Source: Octopus sinensis
Taxonomy: Eukaryota
Direction: 5' to 3'
DNA: 64,000 nucleotides
Assembly (NCBI RefSeq): GCF_006345805.1
Contig: NC_043011.1
Span: 20,100,464 to 20,164,463, forward strand
Shown: in pieces, positions 1 to 13,598 of the stretch
How the letters are laid out: each line of letters starts with the position of its first letter
How positions within the stretch are numbered: position 1 is the first letter of the stretch
Program-made: the position numbers and the translations under genes
Notes under the pieces: generated by a model
Seen by the model: the letters and a program-made list of their open reading frames with translations, nothing else
Told to the model about the DNA's origin: nothing
Database searches by the model: none

Positions 1-351
1 TAAGCTATACAACAGCGCTTCAACAAAGGAGTAATGTTGCTCCGGGAATCTGAACGGTTGAATTGCCCGCAGACAGAGCAGAATATATCTGGTGAATTGA
101 TGCAGCCTCTAGACATATTCACAGACTGAAAATAAAGAAAACTATTAGATGTAACATTGAAGTCAATATAAGTTAAGCATTTTAATTTACCATTTACTTA
201 TGTTATACAAAAAGAGAAAAGTAACGTTTCCGTATAACTTGAGAAGCTGATGTGATAGAGAAGAATAAAAAACACAATGACTCATTATTTTTCTTATATA
301 TTCAGAAAAAAATATCATACAGCAAATAGAAAAAAATCATGCAGACCAGTG
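1..351 (-). mobile_element. Chapaev3-like (CMC superfamily) DNA transposon, 5' end with start of transposase, running off the left edge
   Basis: Minus-strand ATG at 116 reads MSRGCINSPDIFCSVCGQF...NITPLLKR, resembling the C-x-NSPD-x-FC-x2-CG N-terminal Zn motif I recall for Chapaev3 transposases. The terminus reads CACTGGTC (ends at 351) and is flanked by TTA/TAA. Confidence 0.6.
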
Positions 352-3300
352 TTATCTTGAGAAATGCAAATACATCATGTTATTCAATTTACTATACTCT
401 TTAAATACATAGGGGAGATTTGCTTCCTCGAAGAGAAGAGCGAGCATTTCTCAAATATATGCATTCTTATATACACACATGACTGATTATATGGAAGAAT
501 ATGATGATTTCCTTTTTATCGTATTCTAAAGTAAAAAAAATAAAACAAACATATGGTAAATGGGTTGTCATTGTATGCACAGTTTTAGTGTTTCCATGGA
601 AATTGTTATAGATTCTACATGGAATGTTAGGAATAACATAGCAAAAGAATTAATCTAAAATTCTTCCACTAACTTAACAATTTTAGAACATATTTGTATT
701 AACTATTATTCAATAAACATAAACATATTTTAGAAAGCATTTACTTCGTTTTTATATTAGAGAAACTTTATCGAATCTAATGTTAGAATCTCCGTGAAAC
801 AAATGAAATGGACTGACCGAAACTGATCGATAATGATGTACAACAATCTAATATAATTAATGGATTTTACAGCTACAGGGCTTTCGGACATTACAGTCAA
901 TTATAATAAATAAATTGTTCCATATATCATTGAACCTGTGATTGTGAGAATAATCTGAACAAGAATAATGCTGCAGTCATTCGAAGACGAGAAGTCTGAC
1001 AAATAAGTTGGAATACCAAAGGTCTATTATACTTCAGCTTAGGATAAAATATATTTATATGTATATGACTAGCTAGCTAGATAGACAGAGAGGATATAAA
1101 TATTTATGCATATACATGTATGTGTGTGTATGTGAGTGTGTTTCTGTGTGTGTATGCACGCATATACACAGACATATGTATTGTTTGTTCAATGTTCGAT
1201 GAACAGTGTTTCTATATATCTGGAACTACTTGCGCTCTCTGTGAAATAATATTCTTCAAAGTGAAATATCTTGTGTTCTTGTGGACATCGTTTATTTGTG
1301 AAATGATTCATTAGCACAAACTATTACACTTGTCTTATGTAAATACTTTTTCCATATGATAAATAGATTATTTATTTCCCAAATTGCATTAAATATAATC
1401 TGAATGAATGCGTAATTGTTATTTATATCACTGCAATATATATATTAGATTGTAGCCTGATGTTTCTGATGTTGTAGTCCTGCTTAAAAGCAGATATATT
1501 TTTACTGCTACAAACATCGCGATCTATGACTCTCTAGAACAGTATATTAGTAATTTTGTAGTCGTCCTTACTGCATTCACGCACTTAATTCCAGACCAGG
1601 ATCAGAATAACCTCGTAATTCATCAGCTTCTTTCTTAACATTCTTCCCAATCGAATAGTTCCCCGCCTCTTGAGACATTTCCTCGATGTGTTCTGGACAT
1701 ATCCGATTTTACATTAGTATATGTTTTGCTTTATATTAGGACTGATAAATTTCATGAGTATTTTATAACAATGGCAAAAGTAGAAAAGTTTCGACGTATC
1801 TACTCGGCCAAATTTAATTTCCTAATGAACAATAACAGAATCAACGTAGTAAATAATAATTATAAATTATAGATGAATAAATCATGGCAACGTTTGTAAA
1901 TTTTCTCTTCACAAACAGAATCTAAAAACTGGCAATAATTCAGCATAAATGATGTTCAGTGTCAGCTTTATAGTTGAAGGTAATAATTTAATTTATATAT
2001 GAAGGTTATAATTTAGGCAGCTACGTTCAGGATACATACTTTAGGTCCTACTAAAGACCAATGTTGAGTGACTGCAACATTCTACCACAGAGTTTGGAAT
2101 AGCAATAAATTTATAATAGCATTTCTGTATATTTCTACTGCAGGCTTACCTCACACATATACTTCCGCACTTGTATATTCGAAGCGCTGTTGTATGTTAT
2201 GGAACTTTATACATTTCATATATGATGTAGTACTGTTTTATAGGGAGATAATCACAATAGCCTTGAAACGGAGGTAATACAAACTGTGTTATATGTCAAT
2301 ATCACTTGATAAAACAAATTGATGCATGAGGGAACGTAACTCGTCTTATCAGAAATAACAGCCAAATATCACTCAAATCCTCACTTACTGTGTTGTCTTA
2401 GAAAATAAAAGACATGTCAGACTATGTGATCCTTATAAAGTCTTGCTGAAAACAAAAAAAAATATAGGGGCGGCCACAATGCCATTTATCAAAGATTTCT
2501 TCAATGATATCTGACCTACGGCTAAAATAGTCTTCATCTACTCCGACTACTGTTCCTGTAAATCACATAAATTATGGCCTAGTTATATCCTTAGATTGTT
2601 CCAAAACTTCCTTTACGCTGTCAAAAGTAAATAAGCTAACGTAAGTGTAAGAGTAGATATTATACAATTAAATAGCCATGTTTAATTTCTATTCAATGGG
2701 TTAGAGGTGGGCAAGTTCACAAGAGTTCATATGCGTACTAATTGCTTATAAGAATGAGTTGATATAATTTAGTTAGTCGTCATCTTTAGATGTTTTCAAA
2801 TACAACTATGATTGGATACTGGCGCCTTAAAATTACGAATTACGACAATTTTCACACAACAGATTTTCGTCTTTTATTTATAATCAACTACGTCATCAAT
2901 ACGAATCAATTCCAATGGTAGAAGTTAATTTTGGACTGGCTTTGCTACAATTATTATCCTGTTTGAAAGATATCTTAAACATATGAAGCTAGTTAAGAAT
3001 GATAAATTAGATCTAATTCTATTAAGTTTGGGAACATCTGCAGTCTGCTACTAGAAGGAATAACGTGGCCTGAAATTCAAAAGTGTAGGATGAAAATAGC
3101 ATTACTCGTACATACTCTTCAACAGCAAAAAATTCCATTGCACCGGAAATTTATAGTTACAAAAATATACTTAGTGAATTAGTAAAACTATTTTCGTTTA
3201 ACCCATCAGGCTTGAAAACTTGGTAATGACTTCACCCTTTCACTTCAATAAAATTTTATATATTTACAGCGTCACTTGCCTTTTGTCGAGGAAGAAACAC

Positions 3301-3721
3301 TGAAATATACAGAAAGGCAGTTTGTCACAACTTGTATTGCGTCATAAAGCTATGAATCATATTGTTATCGGAAAAGATCAACTTCCGCCTAAGCTAAAAT
3401 ATGAATATGTTTTGCTTGATACAATTAATGAATAGCTGGCGAAAGGAATAATTATGCCCTTATATTCGACATGGTGCTCTTCAGTTCTTGAAATCGACAA
3501 AATGGATAACAAAAAGTGATTAACGATTGTTACGCATCTAGAGGCACACAGCTAGATGCATTTCCATATCATTACTGGCAGTTTGAACCAACTTCATGGG
3601 AATCATCAGTTCAATAGTATTAGCATTCTTCCGGCATATTACTGGTCAGGAAACCATCCCACCCCAGAAGCAAGATATTAAGCTTTTGAAACAGATAGTG
3701 CAGATTTTTAACAGAAAATCT

Positions 3722-3906
3722 GCGGCATTTCGTCTGTATTCGTCTGCATTTCGTCTGTATTCACGTTCTGAGTTCAAATTCCGCCGGTGTCGATTTTGCC
3801 TTTCATCCGTTCGGGATCGATGAAATAAGTACCAGTGGAGCACTGGGGTCAAACTAATCGAGCTATCCCTCTCCCGAAATTTTGGCCTTGTGCAAAAACT
3901 TGAAAT
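3722..3906 (+). mobile_element. tRNA-derived SINE family A (5'-truncated, tail type 1)
   Basis: B-box GAGTTCAAATTCC, central GCCTTTCATCC...GATCGAT..AAATAAGTACCAG block, tail ...GGCCTTGTGCAAAAACTTGAAA; homologous to other copies in the window. Confidence 0.8.
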
Positions 3907-5480
3907 AAATATTTGGATGCCTTTAAAGAATATCACTATCTAAAGCTATTTTCCAAATCTCTTCCTCGTAATTCACTGTGTTTGGTACCATAGTTAGCGC
4001 AGCCTTCAATTTAAATGCATTCAGTTTTTGAAATTTGTATGACGGAATGCGTATAAGACCAGAGAGGCTCCTTGCTATTTTTCATCAAATGGACGAAATA
4101 TCGCAATACGATGTTCTCAATGTATCTCTATACAATTTCACAATGTTGTGTAAGGGAAACTAATCATTACTTCAAATGAAAAACAAAAGCGATAGAATAA
4201 TGAAAACTCCCACTTGCTTTAATAAATATTAGAACAGTGACTTAAAGATCTTAAACATGCAACAATCACTATATAGTGTAATGTTTAACTTTGCACGCAA
4301 TTTTACACAGAAGAGCGCACATAATTAAATTCATCCTTAATCACCCGACGCTGACAAAATTATTTCCTGATTGAGTTTCTCCTAGAAAAGCTTTAAACGT
4401 TAGAAAACATGTTCGACTAACATTTACTTTTCCATTAGTTGAATTAGGTGATTAAAGTACTCTCTCACCGGCACGTCTAAATTCAATTTGCAGCAAGAAG
4501 GCGTGATACAGTCTCACCTACCCATCTATGAGAAGCTCCTGAAACTATTGATAAAAGCTGAAAAATGGTCGCCATAAAATTTTGTTAGCAAAAAAAGCAA
4601 TCATACAGAAATGATGATAGTATTAACGTGTAAACAGAAGATGGGTATATATCAAATTATATCTCTCCAGCAATTTCTGTAAATAATAATAACAAACCAA
4701 AATAACAGTATTAACTTCTCTTTCCACGATTAAATTATATCGTAAGAAATGGTTATGGCTTTTTGTTACGGCTTGTGTTTCACTGTTACTCGTGAATCAT
4801 TAACTCTTTGGCTTTCTTCTAAATACTCTTTCATTAGTTCTGCAGTAGATGTAGTATTAAATATAATGTAATTATGTAACTTTAAGTTAATTACAGTCAA
4901 TAGAACAATGTGAAATTGTATGTGACTTGTGCACTTATCTACTCGCCATGTACAAGACACCAGAGGATAACGCAACTTGCTTAGTCCGACAACTTCTGAA
5001 ATGTGAATGACGTGTTTGGATGAATATTGATTCCTGAAAATCACAACAATGATGTATGTACTTCACTGTGATACTCACTGATGATCAAGTAACTCTGTAT
5101 CAATCAAAATGCATTCAAACTCTTTAATAAAGTAGATTACCCCGCCCCTCGCCGTTATGATACGTTTCACAGCTTTCAAGTACAGTACAAAATTTATTAC
5201 AGTAATCATGTCCAGTCATCTTTCTTTTTAAGTATACTCAACAGCGTGTATAAATTTGAATGCTCTCCTTTCCTGCTGAGTAGATATTTGAAAGTAGAGT
5301 CGATAAGCTTACCGAATTTTACGGGTGTAAAAGGCTTTGGCTCTGCGATAATTCTTATTTGTCAAGATCACGTTGATGATACAACGTAATAGTACCAAGC
5401 ATTAGACAATATGTATTTATTAACTTCTTTTCGGGTAACGGAGTTGGTAAAATCTACTATTCTATTCTTGGATACTTTAA

Positions 5481-5720
5481 GGGGAACTGGCAGTATCGTT
5501 AGCATGCCGGACCTAATGCTTAGCGGCATTTTGTCGGTCTTTACGTTCTAACTTCAAATTACGTCGTGGCGAGGTCAAGGTGAAGTTGAAGCGAGATCGA
5601 CATTGCCTTTCATCGTTTCGGGGTCGATAAATTAGGTACTAGATGAGTCCTGGGGTCGATGTAATCAACTTACCCACTTCCCTAAACTATCTGTTTTTGT
5701 GCCAAAAATCTGAAACTATA
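5481..5720 (+). mobile_element. SINE family A, diverged, tail type 1
   Basis: CTGGCAGTATCGTTAGCATGCCGG head, GCCTTTCATCGTTTCGGGGTCGATAAATT core, tail GTGCCAAAAATCTGAAAC. Confidence 0.75.
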
Positions 5721-7221
5721 ACATTTGGATACTCTGTATCTATGTAAAAGTTCAATATTAGATCTTAGGGAGGAACTCGAGTGACAAAATAAGAGGGGAT
5801 GGATTTGCAGGAATAGTGGATTATGGATTGGCAGGAATGGTGGGTGTGGATTGGCAGAAACGTTAAAGTAATGAAATGAATGCCTTGCAGTGTTTAGTTC
5901 CGTCTCTTCTCGTTCGGAATTTAGTTCCGCCCCTTTTAGTTCGGATTTTATTCTTATGGAGGCATTAAAATAAGAACTATTTAGGATGTATGGTCGATCG
6001 TAATCGACTGTATTCTCTCTTAAAATTTTAATGCCTCTGGCCATGTTATAAATCATTATTACTTTTCTTTAGAAATTTCTCAATTGTGAAACTTTCTTCG
6101 TCAATCTGCCGAGAAATTCTGATTTGTTGTTACGGTTTCATTGTATATTCTCTACGACGGTCAATACATTGCAAGAGAGAGATAAAGCCATATTAATGAT
6201 AAAGGTGGAGCCAACATATTAAAAAATTAATAACAGTCTTTCGTTTGCAACACCATTATTTCAAATGAATTAGAATTATTTGTTAAGGCAATAATAATAC
6301 AATGCCTTAGTGAAGGTGACATATAACAAACAGCCCTGAGGACAGAGAACGCTGTAGTAGCGATAGAGGTGACAGAACGTGTGTGCTTGCTACTACAAAC
6401 CATTCTGCAGTGTGGCATTTCTCTGCATGCTAGAGAGAATATTTATGCGTATAGAAGCAACATCCTGTGGGAAAATTTCTCGATTGTAGGAGACATACGG
6501 GCATTGCGAAGTGTTACTATATATTTGGGGATTGTAGTATTTTCAGATTGAACTGCCTCGAACCAGTCTTTGTCATGCAGTTCTTAGCTATTTTAAGAAT
6601 GTATATTATCTAAGAAAAATCATTATTTATGATGTGGCCTAGCTTTTGTAGTGAACTTGAGCATACTGTCTGTGTTTATTATCACTTAGAGAGGAGTGGT
6701 ATATGTTTTTCTGAGTCAGTAATGGAATAAGTGCAACTTTGGCGTGAGTTGTCTAGATTGCATGTGGATAAGGATTGCATGCAGACCGTTAAGAACAAAT
6801 AAAATATGTTATTTTCCGCACAGAAGTGGACGGTATTGGAGATTACGGCAATGTGGTTACAGATATTGAAGCGGATAAACACTGAATCACGACGCACACG
6901 TGGTAAAGTGTGATTCAATGAGACGCATAGGCTTGGCTGATTTGTTGCATTCTGTCAGTAGGCCGATGCTTCTCCGTGAAACGAAAGACAGATTAAAGAC
7001 ATAGGCGGACAATGTTTTGAATTGCCCACCAGAGACTTTAGAAATATTTATAGGTGACTACAGTGAAACTTATCCCCCACCACCGCGTGACAACCGGTGA
7101 TGGCGTATATATGTCTCTGTAACAGTGTTGTTCAAATAATAACACCCTTTAAGGCACGCCATAGCCGCAGTCAAATGATTGAAACTCGTAAAAGATAAAA
7201 GATATACACAAATATACATTC

Positions 7222-7300
7222 GGACTTTGCCTTTCATTCACTTCGAGGTCGATAAAATAAGTACCAGTGGAGCACTGGGGTCCATGTAATTCACTTAATT
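7222..7300 (+). mobile_element. SINE family A core fragment
   Basis: GACTTTGCCTTTCATTCACTTCGAGGTCGATAAAATAAGTACCAGTGGAGCACTGGGG matches the family core. Confidence 0.7.
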
Positions 7301-8605
7301 ACTCCTGGGTATGAATATAAAATCTGCATCCCCACTGCCAGGCCATGTCAAGCCAGTGTGGCAGAGTAGGCTCGCTCAAACTCAAGGCTTCCATCACACC
7401 GTGCTTGGTCAAGAGAATACGCTGTGGCCTTCGTCCTCCGTCGAGTGAATATAGGCAATCGAATCCAATATATGCAGGCTAATTTATATTCCCGGAAACG
7501 ATAGCGAAAAGGAATGTGGGCAACTCTGGCTACTACTTGTCTGTTATGAAACTACCAAGTATTCAGGGAAAAGTGGACCGGAGCCCTAAAGGCAGAAGCA
7601 GAAGCAAGGCCAAGGAAGAATGTAGGTAATCTTCTAAAAGTAACATTTACCCCACGTACAACTTGTCTCTCAGACCGAAATGTTTATAATAGCTGAGGTG
7701 TCTCTGGCAAATGGGCTGCTAGTAAGGTGTAGGTTAAGTCATAAATAGTAACACAAATTGCAACACAAGAGAGATGGCTAGGAAACGTGATCTGGATGCG
7801 ACCCAGCAACCTTTGAGTGTAAGTAGTTAAGAGTCAAATCACATGCATAAGGCAAAGTTAAATTCCTCTGTGAAATCCTTACCCAGTTTCAAATAATTGA
7901 TTAACATAGTTTTATTGGTGGTCAATGCAGGAAGGAGAAACACAGATTAAGTGTGTTTATTATCTACGTATATCTCAGTTAAGGGAACAAGAAACTCCAT
8001 TTGTCATTTGGTTTTGAACAGATGGATTATTTACCTCCAGTTTAGTGCAAATGTTATAACCAGATATTTGCTCTGCAGTTGTCTATGTAATTTGCAGCAA
8101 ATATTTATCCACAATGGAACATCTAACACAATAAAAAGATTGTTATAATTTTGGTCATAATTTTATCTTTCAGAAGTTAAATATTCAGCATAACGTTTAA
8201 TTTTGATTTTGTTTTTAATCTCCAATTTGAGTTTTACGTTTCAGTTTTTTAATAAGCTTTCTTTATTTTAATGCATTTTTGGTTCAATTATAATACTCTT
8301 TTTAATCTTATATCAATTTTGTGCTTTATGTTGTTAAAAGAACATTTTCTTTACAAAGTGTTTTGCTAAAAGAATATTTTGTTAAAGGAATATTTTAAAC
8401 AGCATATATTTTACATGAAAAGCATTAAAAAATCTTAAAGAGATGTAATTAAGAAAGTATAATTAATGAAACATAATGACGAAGAAATAAATAATGCTAG
8501 ATCTTATGTGATGAATAAATGTAGGATTAGATTTATTCATCCATACTTGTATTGTTTGATAGATGTTCTTTCTTATACTGTAAATACAAAATATCTGCTT
8601 AATTG

Positions 8606-8709
8606 TATTTTCCTCATTACATATCCTTAAGAAAAACATAGGAAGAACGCATAATTATATTTTCCTCATTACATATCCTTAACAAAAACATAGCAAAAAC
8701 GCACATTAT
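8606..8709. repeat. 52-bp tandem duplication
   Basis: TATTTTCCTCATTACATATCCTTAA(G/C)AAAAACATAG... at 8606 and 8658. Confidence 0.85.
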
Positions 8710-9319
8710 ATACTGACTAATATTCCTTTGACAAAATATGCTTTCAACAAAATATTCTGTTAACTAAATGTCGTTTTCACAAAATCTACCTCAAAATAAA
8801 TAACTGACGTTTTTTTTTTTAAATTCATAAATATTTATGACTATTATAAAAAGGAGCTGCTTCAATGCATTCCCCTTTTAGCGTATTAAAAGTGAAAAAT
8901 AAAATAAGATAAAATAAACACTAAATCGCCCAAAGATCGTTTCAGTAAATAAGGAATAGATAAAGTATATTTGAACATAAATTTAAAGCTCTAATTTCAC
9001 CAAAACATAAAAATTTCAGCAAAACATAAAAATGGAAGTATAGTACGATGAATACTAACCGCTTGAATTGGAATTCATAACCGAAATTTTACCAACCTTC
9101 TGCTGCTTTCAATGTTCACTTCTGAAAATGTATTTGTGAGGTACAAAATACTTTTAATGGTTATTGCACAGTAGACCTTTTCATACCATTCTTCATAGAA
9201 TGGTTAAATACTCGATCCTCGAAAATTCAAACATTTAACACGATCTTTCTAAAGGGTGTGATGTTTAAAACAACATATCTTTCCACTGCATGTGAGTGTG
9301 AGTGTATGCTATGTATATA

Positions 9320-10591
9320 CAGGGGTTGGACAAAATAATGGAAACACCTTAAAATTTCAAACAAATTCATTTTAATATTGGGTACAGTCGCCTTTGGCAG
9401 TTATTACAGCTTGAATCTACGAGGTATGGACTTGTACAAAGTCTGTCCAAACGAATTTTTTGTCCATTCTTCAGCTAAAACAGTCTCCAGGTCTTGTAGT
9501 GATGATGATGGAGGATATCGACTCCTTACATGTTTTTCTAAAATGCACAATAAATCTTCAATAATATTGAGATCTGGATTTTGTGTTGGCGAGATAAGAT
9601 GTTCAACTTCACTAGAATATTTCTTGTTCCATTCAGTAACAAATTTAGCTTTGTGAATTGGTGCATTATCATCCTGAAAAATTGCGTTTCTCTCCAGAAA
9701 CTGTTCCGCAGCCATAGGATGAATTTGATCAGATAAAATGCTTAAATAGTCATGCCTACAGATTATGCCATGAAGAGAAACCATTGGGCCGGCAGATTTC
9801 CAAGATATAGACCCCTTCCCCAAACAGATCATCACAGATCTCCTCCATGTTTAACAGTTGGAAGAAGGCAGTGTGGGTCAAATGCTTCTTTTGGCTGTCT
9901 CAGCATGTATATTCGGCCAGTGGTTGGAAATAAGGTAAAAGATGACATCCGAGAAAATTACATTCTTTCACTGCTCTAGGGACCAATTCCTTAGATTTTT
10001 ACTTCCCTCTAAACGCTTTGCAACGTTTGCTTTTGAAAGTAGTGGTTTTCTGATTGCGGCCCTCCCACGAAATCGGGCTTTGTGCCGCACCCGGCGAACA
10101 GTGTTTTGTGGAAGCTGGGTTCTCGAGTTGGTCATTAAGCTCTGCAGTAATTTTGGGAGCTATACTTTTGTGATCCTCTCCAACAATTCGCGTATGAGCC
10201 TGACTGTCCATATCTGAAAGTTTTGCTTTTCTTCCGGAGTTTTGTTTTGACGAGGGGGTTTTTCCCCTCTTTCTCAAAGGCTTCCAATACTTTCGAGAGG
10301 GTGCTTCTTGATACACCAAAGTTTTCGGCCGTTTTCGTCACACTAGTGCCTGCCAAACGAGTACCAACAATTTGACCTCTTTGAAAGTCCGATATATCTG
10401 TGATTTTAATGAATATTAACTAACTTTTTCTGATGATATCTGTAAAGAAACAGCAATTTTAGCAAAACATGTTAAGCAACACTAATAATAAATCAAAAAC
10501 ATTAAAATAAACAAGCTTTTGACGGTTTTTTAGATATTTCAAAATTATGATGCTATGATGCTAGATGTTTCCATTATTTTGTCCAGCCCTG
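9320..10591 (-). mobile_element. Tc1-type DNA transposon, full length but frameshifted
   Basis: Terminal inverted repeats CAGGGGTTGGACAAAATAATGGAAACA (9320) and TGTTTCCATTATTTTGTCCAGCCCTG (10566-10591), TA on the left. Transposase pieces: HTH (GVSRSTLSKV), GRKAKLSD, FQDDNAPIHKAK, PTQNPDLNIIEDL. Confidence 0.9.
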
Positions 10592-10769
10592 TGTATATAG
10601 TTCTATATTTAAGAAATGAGGAATTATGTACATTATTTACACTATTTACATTTGACGGATATTTGTCCTCATCTTGTTTGTTGTTAACACAACCTTTCTT
10701 CTTATATACCCTCCATCAGGTATCTTGGGGGAATTTCGAACCTGGGTTCTCATTCCTAAGGTATTTTTC

Positions 10770-10788
10770 GATGTTGTTGTTGTTGTTG

Positions 10789-10822
<34 letters not shown>

Positions 10823-10855
10823 CATTATTATTATTATCATTATTATTATTATTAA

Positions 10856-10900
<45 letters not shown>
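10770..10900. repeat. (GTT)n-(ATT)n microsatellite
   Basis: Direct reading. Confidence 0.95.
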
Positions 10901-10904
<4 letters not shown>

Positions 10905-10975
10905 CTCACTGCCTGGAATCGAACTCGGAATCTTGGATTTAGTAGCCGGCGCTCTTAACCACTACGCCATATGCC
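10901..10975 (-). mobile_element. Short tRNA-derived SINE (family D) followed by (TAA)n
   Basis: Minus strand GGCATATGGCGTAGTGGTTAAGAGC...GAGTTCGATTCCAGGCAGTGAGCTGA with A box TGGCGTAGTGG and B box GTTCGATTCC; the acceptor stem does not pair well, so not a functional tRNA. Confidence 0.75.
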
Positions 10976-12752
10976 ATATATACATCAATTCTGAGAATTG
11001 GGAAATTATTGACACTTCGAGGTAGTTATTATTTTTCTAAGTCTACATAGATACATAGATATAAAAACATGATGTATATTGTATATTATTGTAGTTAAGA
11101 GGATAAACATCATTCGTTCTTCTCGCTGTAATTAAGAAATCAATTTGTTTAATAACAGTTTCTTCTGGTCAAAATTCCTTTGGAACATCCGTTTTAATTT
11201 GTGATTTCTCTTCACAAGTAATCAAACACGGCATAAAATATCATTAATGAGACTAGAAACAAGTTTGCACGATCTACAAAAGTTACCATTTGCAAACGTT
11301 AACTTTTCATTTTTCTCCCTGAGATATACTTGCTCTATGTTTTACTTGAAGTGAAATAGGAAACCGTGATTATCATGTTTTCCAAATATTAATAATGGCA
11401 ACTAATAAAAGACTTTAATGTGTCTATTAATTGAAACTCATTGAAATACAGTCTCATTAAATCTGATTCTCATCGGCAAAGTAATTCGCTATTATCTACA
11501 AGGAGTGCATCAAGTCTTTGAATGACTAAACGGCAGGAAATTGTACTTATTGTCACATTGTACTAGTTGGCATATTAGATATTATTTCTTTATTATTAAA
11601 CATTTTAAAACAATTTACTGATACAAGTTTAAAAAGACTTAACATGTCTTCTAATTATATCCATTCATAGACAATTTTACACTTGATGACTTGCTGAAAT
11701 AAAATACATCTAAGAATGTATATCTCAATAAAATACCATTTATGACACTTAGGATTTCGTAAGAAACATATCAATCATATCACTAGCAGAAAATACTAAA
11801 ACACCTCTTATTGTATTAGAAAAGTTTTAAAATTTTAATGATACGCATATTTTATGCATATCTTCTACTAATGGCCACTTATTATTTCAAACGCACCTTA
11901 ATTGTTTTATGCAATTCTATCAGTAGACTGCAGCCATGTTGATTTACTGATTTCAGTGGATTAAGTCGAAAGAATAGTACCAGTAATTAATTCCGTATGA
12001 CGTTTATGCTTAGGTAATAGATCTTCACACGCACGCACACTCAAATATACAAGTCTGTATATGTATGTACGTATTTAGGTATGTATGCGTGTGTCTGTGT
12101 GTGTATGTGTGTGTATGTGTGCGTGCGTGTATACACTCACACATGCACGCATGTATATTAAGTAGGAACATTCGATAGTAAAATTTTCAATATTGCCTGC
12201 GTGGTTTCACATCAATGCTTAGTTATGTTATATTATGATTTAATGAATAAATGACGAGGCAATGCAAACACGTGTCCATTTGCATTCGTTTCATATATAT
12301 ATATATATATATATATAGGGAGAGTTTACGAAAAAACAAAAGACGAAGACAGGTGGTGTACAAAACAAACAGATGTATTAGTATAACGCTCAGGAATAGA
12401 AAAAGTATTTTAAGTTTCGAGCCTACGCTCTTCTACAGAAAGGCACACAGAAAACAAGGAGAGAAACAAGGAGAGAAAAAAGGATGAGAGAGAAAGAGGG
12501 AAACAGAGAAAGAGAAAGAGAGAGGAAACTAGTAAAAACTACTTCCTTACATGTTGAAAAATAGATGCCACGTACGACTTACATCAGCACTATCTCCTCA
12601 TATTTACGAAAAAATTTTATAATTTTAAAATATTACCTTATTTATCCACAGCCATTTCGAAGTTCAAGGTAAATAAATATTTATGAAAATGTTACAGGAT
12701 TAGAAAGTTTTACTTTCTTACCATATTTCAACGTGCTAATGCCATGCAGCAA

Positions 12753-12816
<64 letters not shown>

Positions 12817-12973
12817 AGAAAGAGAGTGGACGGTAGAAAAAACTACTTCCTTACATAATAATCGCATTGGTCACGAAATAGCTGCAAAGATGGCGAGATG
12901 AATATAAGTTTTTTTTCAAAATGACAGTATCCCTTATACATATATATATATATATATACATACATATATATAT

Positions 12974-13024
<51 letters not shown>

Positions 13025-13044
13025 CACACACACACGCACAAATA

Positions 13045-13087
<43 letters not shown>

Positions 13088-13560
13088 TCTTGTCTTTCCA
13101 TTTCTCCTCTCTCTCTCTCTCTCTGTCACTCCTTTTGTTCCCTCTTTCACGGTACGTCGCCAATCTCCACGGTTGCTGGCAACTGCTTCCCAGTTGCTAA
13201 TACTGATGTTGCAGGTCTTCATGTCCCTTTTGCAAACATCCATGTATCGTAAGAACAATCTTCCCACAGACCTAGTCCCCTTAGCAAGCTCTCCGTAGAG
13301 TATGACCTTGGGGATTCTGCCATCTTCCATTCGGCTAACATGTCCAAGCCATCTCATACGTCAACAAGAAACTATGACATTACAACCAGCCAGGCAAAGT
13401 CTTAGCTATATTTGCGGCACCTGTCAGAGGGAGTGTTTGTCCAGGATAGGACTACACAACCACAGCAGATGTATTAGGACATGAAATGTAAAAGCCGGGC
13501 TAGATTATTTTATGCGCAACTCCATTGTCTCCCGAGACAAAAAGGAATGCCAACAACAAG
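13088..13560. mobile_element. RTE-clade LINE 3' fragment with inverted 5' part
   Basis: Minus strand 13357-13088 encodes MRWLGHVSRMEDGRIPKVILYGEL...WEAVASNRGDWRRTVK. Plus strand from 13359 encodes RQQE...YICGTCQRECLSRIGLHNHSRC and then the RTE-type end ATTGTCTCCCGAGACAAAAAGGAATGCCAACAAC. Confidence 0.85.
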
Positions 13561-13565
13561 AACAG

Positions 13566-13598
<33 letters not shown>

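Noticed and set aside
4750-5044. Natural-looking short open frames
   Set aside because: No recognisable domain and no consistent exon chain.
10434-10452. CTGATGA...GAAAC motif
   Set aside because: Lies inside the Tc1 leader and has no pairing stems; chance.
10693-10720. Penelope-type hammerhead on the minus strand (CCTGATGGAGGGTATATAAGAAGAAAGG)
   Set aside because: Core reads CTGATGG and GAAAG with no stem II; at most a dead relic.
10901-10975. Functional tRNA gene
   Set aside because: Acceptor and anticodon stems pair poorly and the sequence runs into a (TAA)n tail; treated as a SINE.
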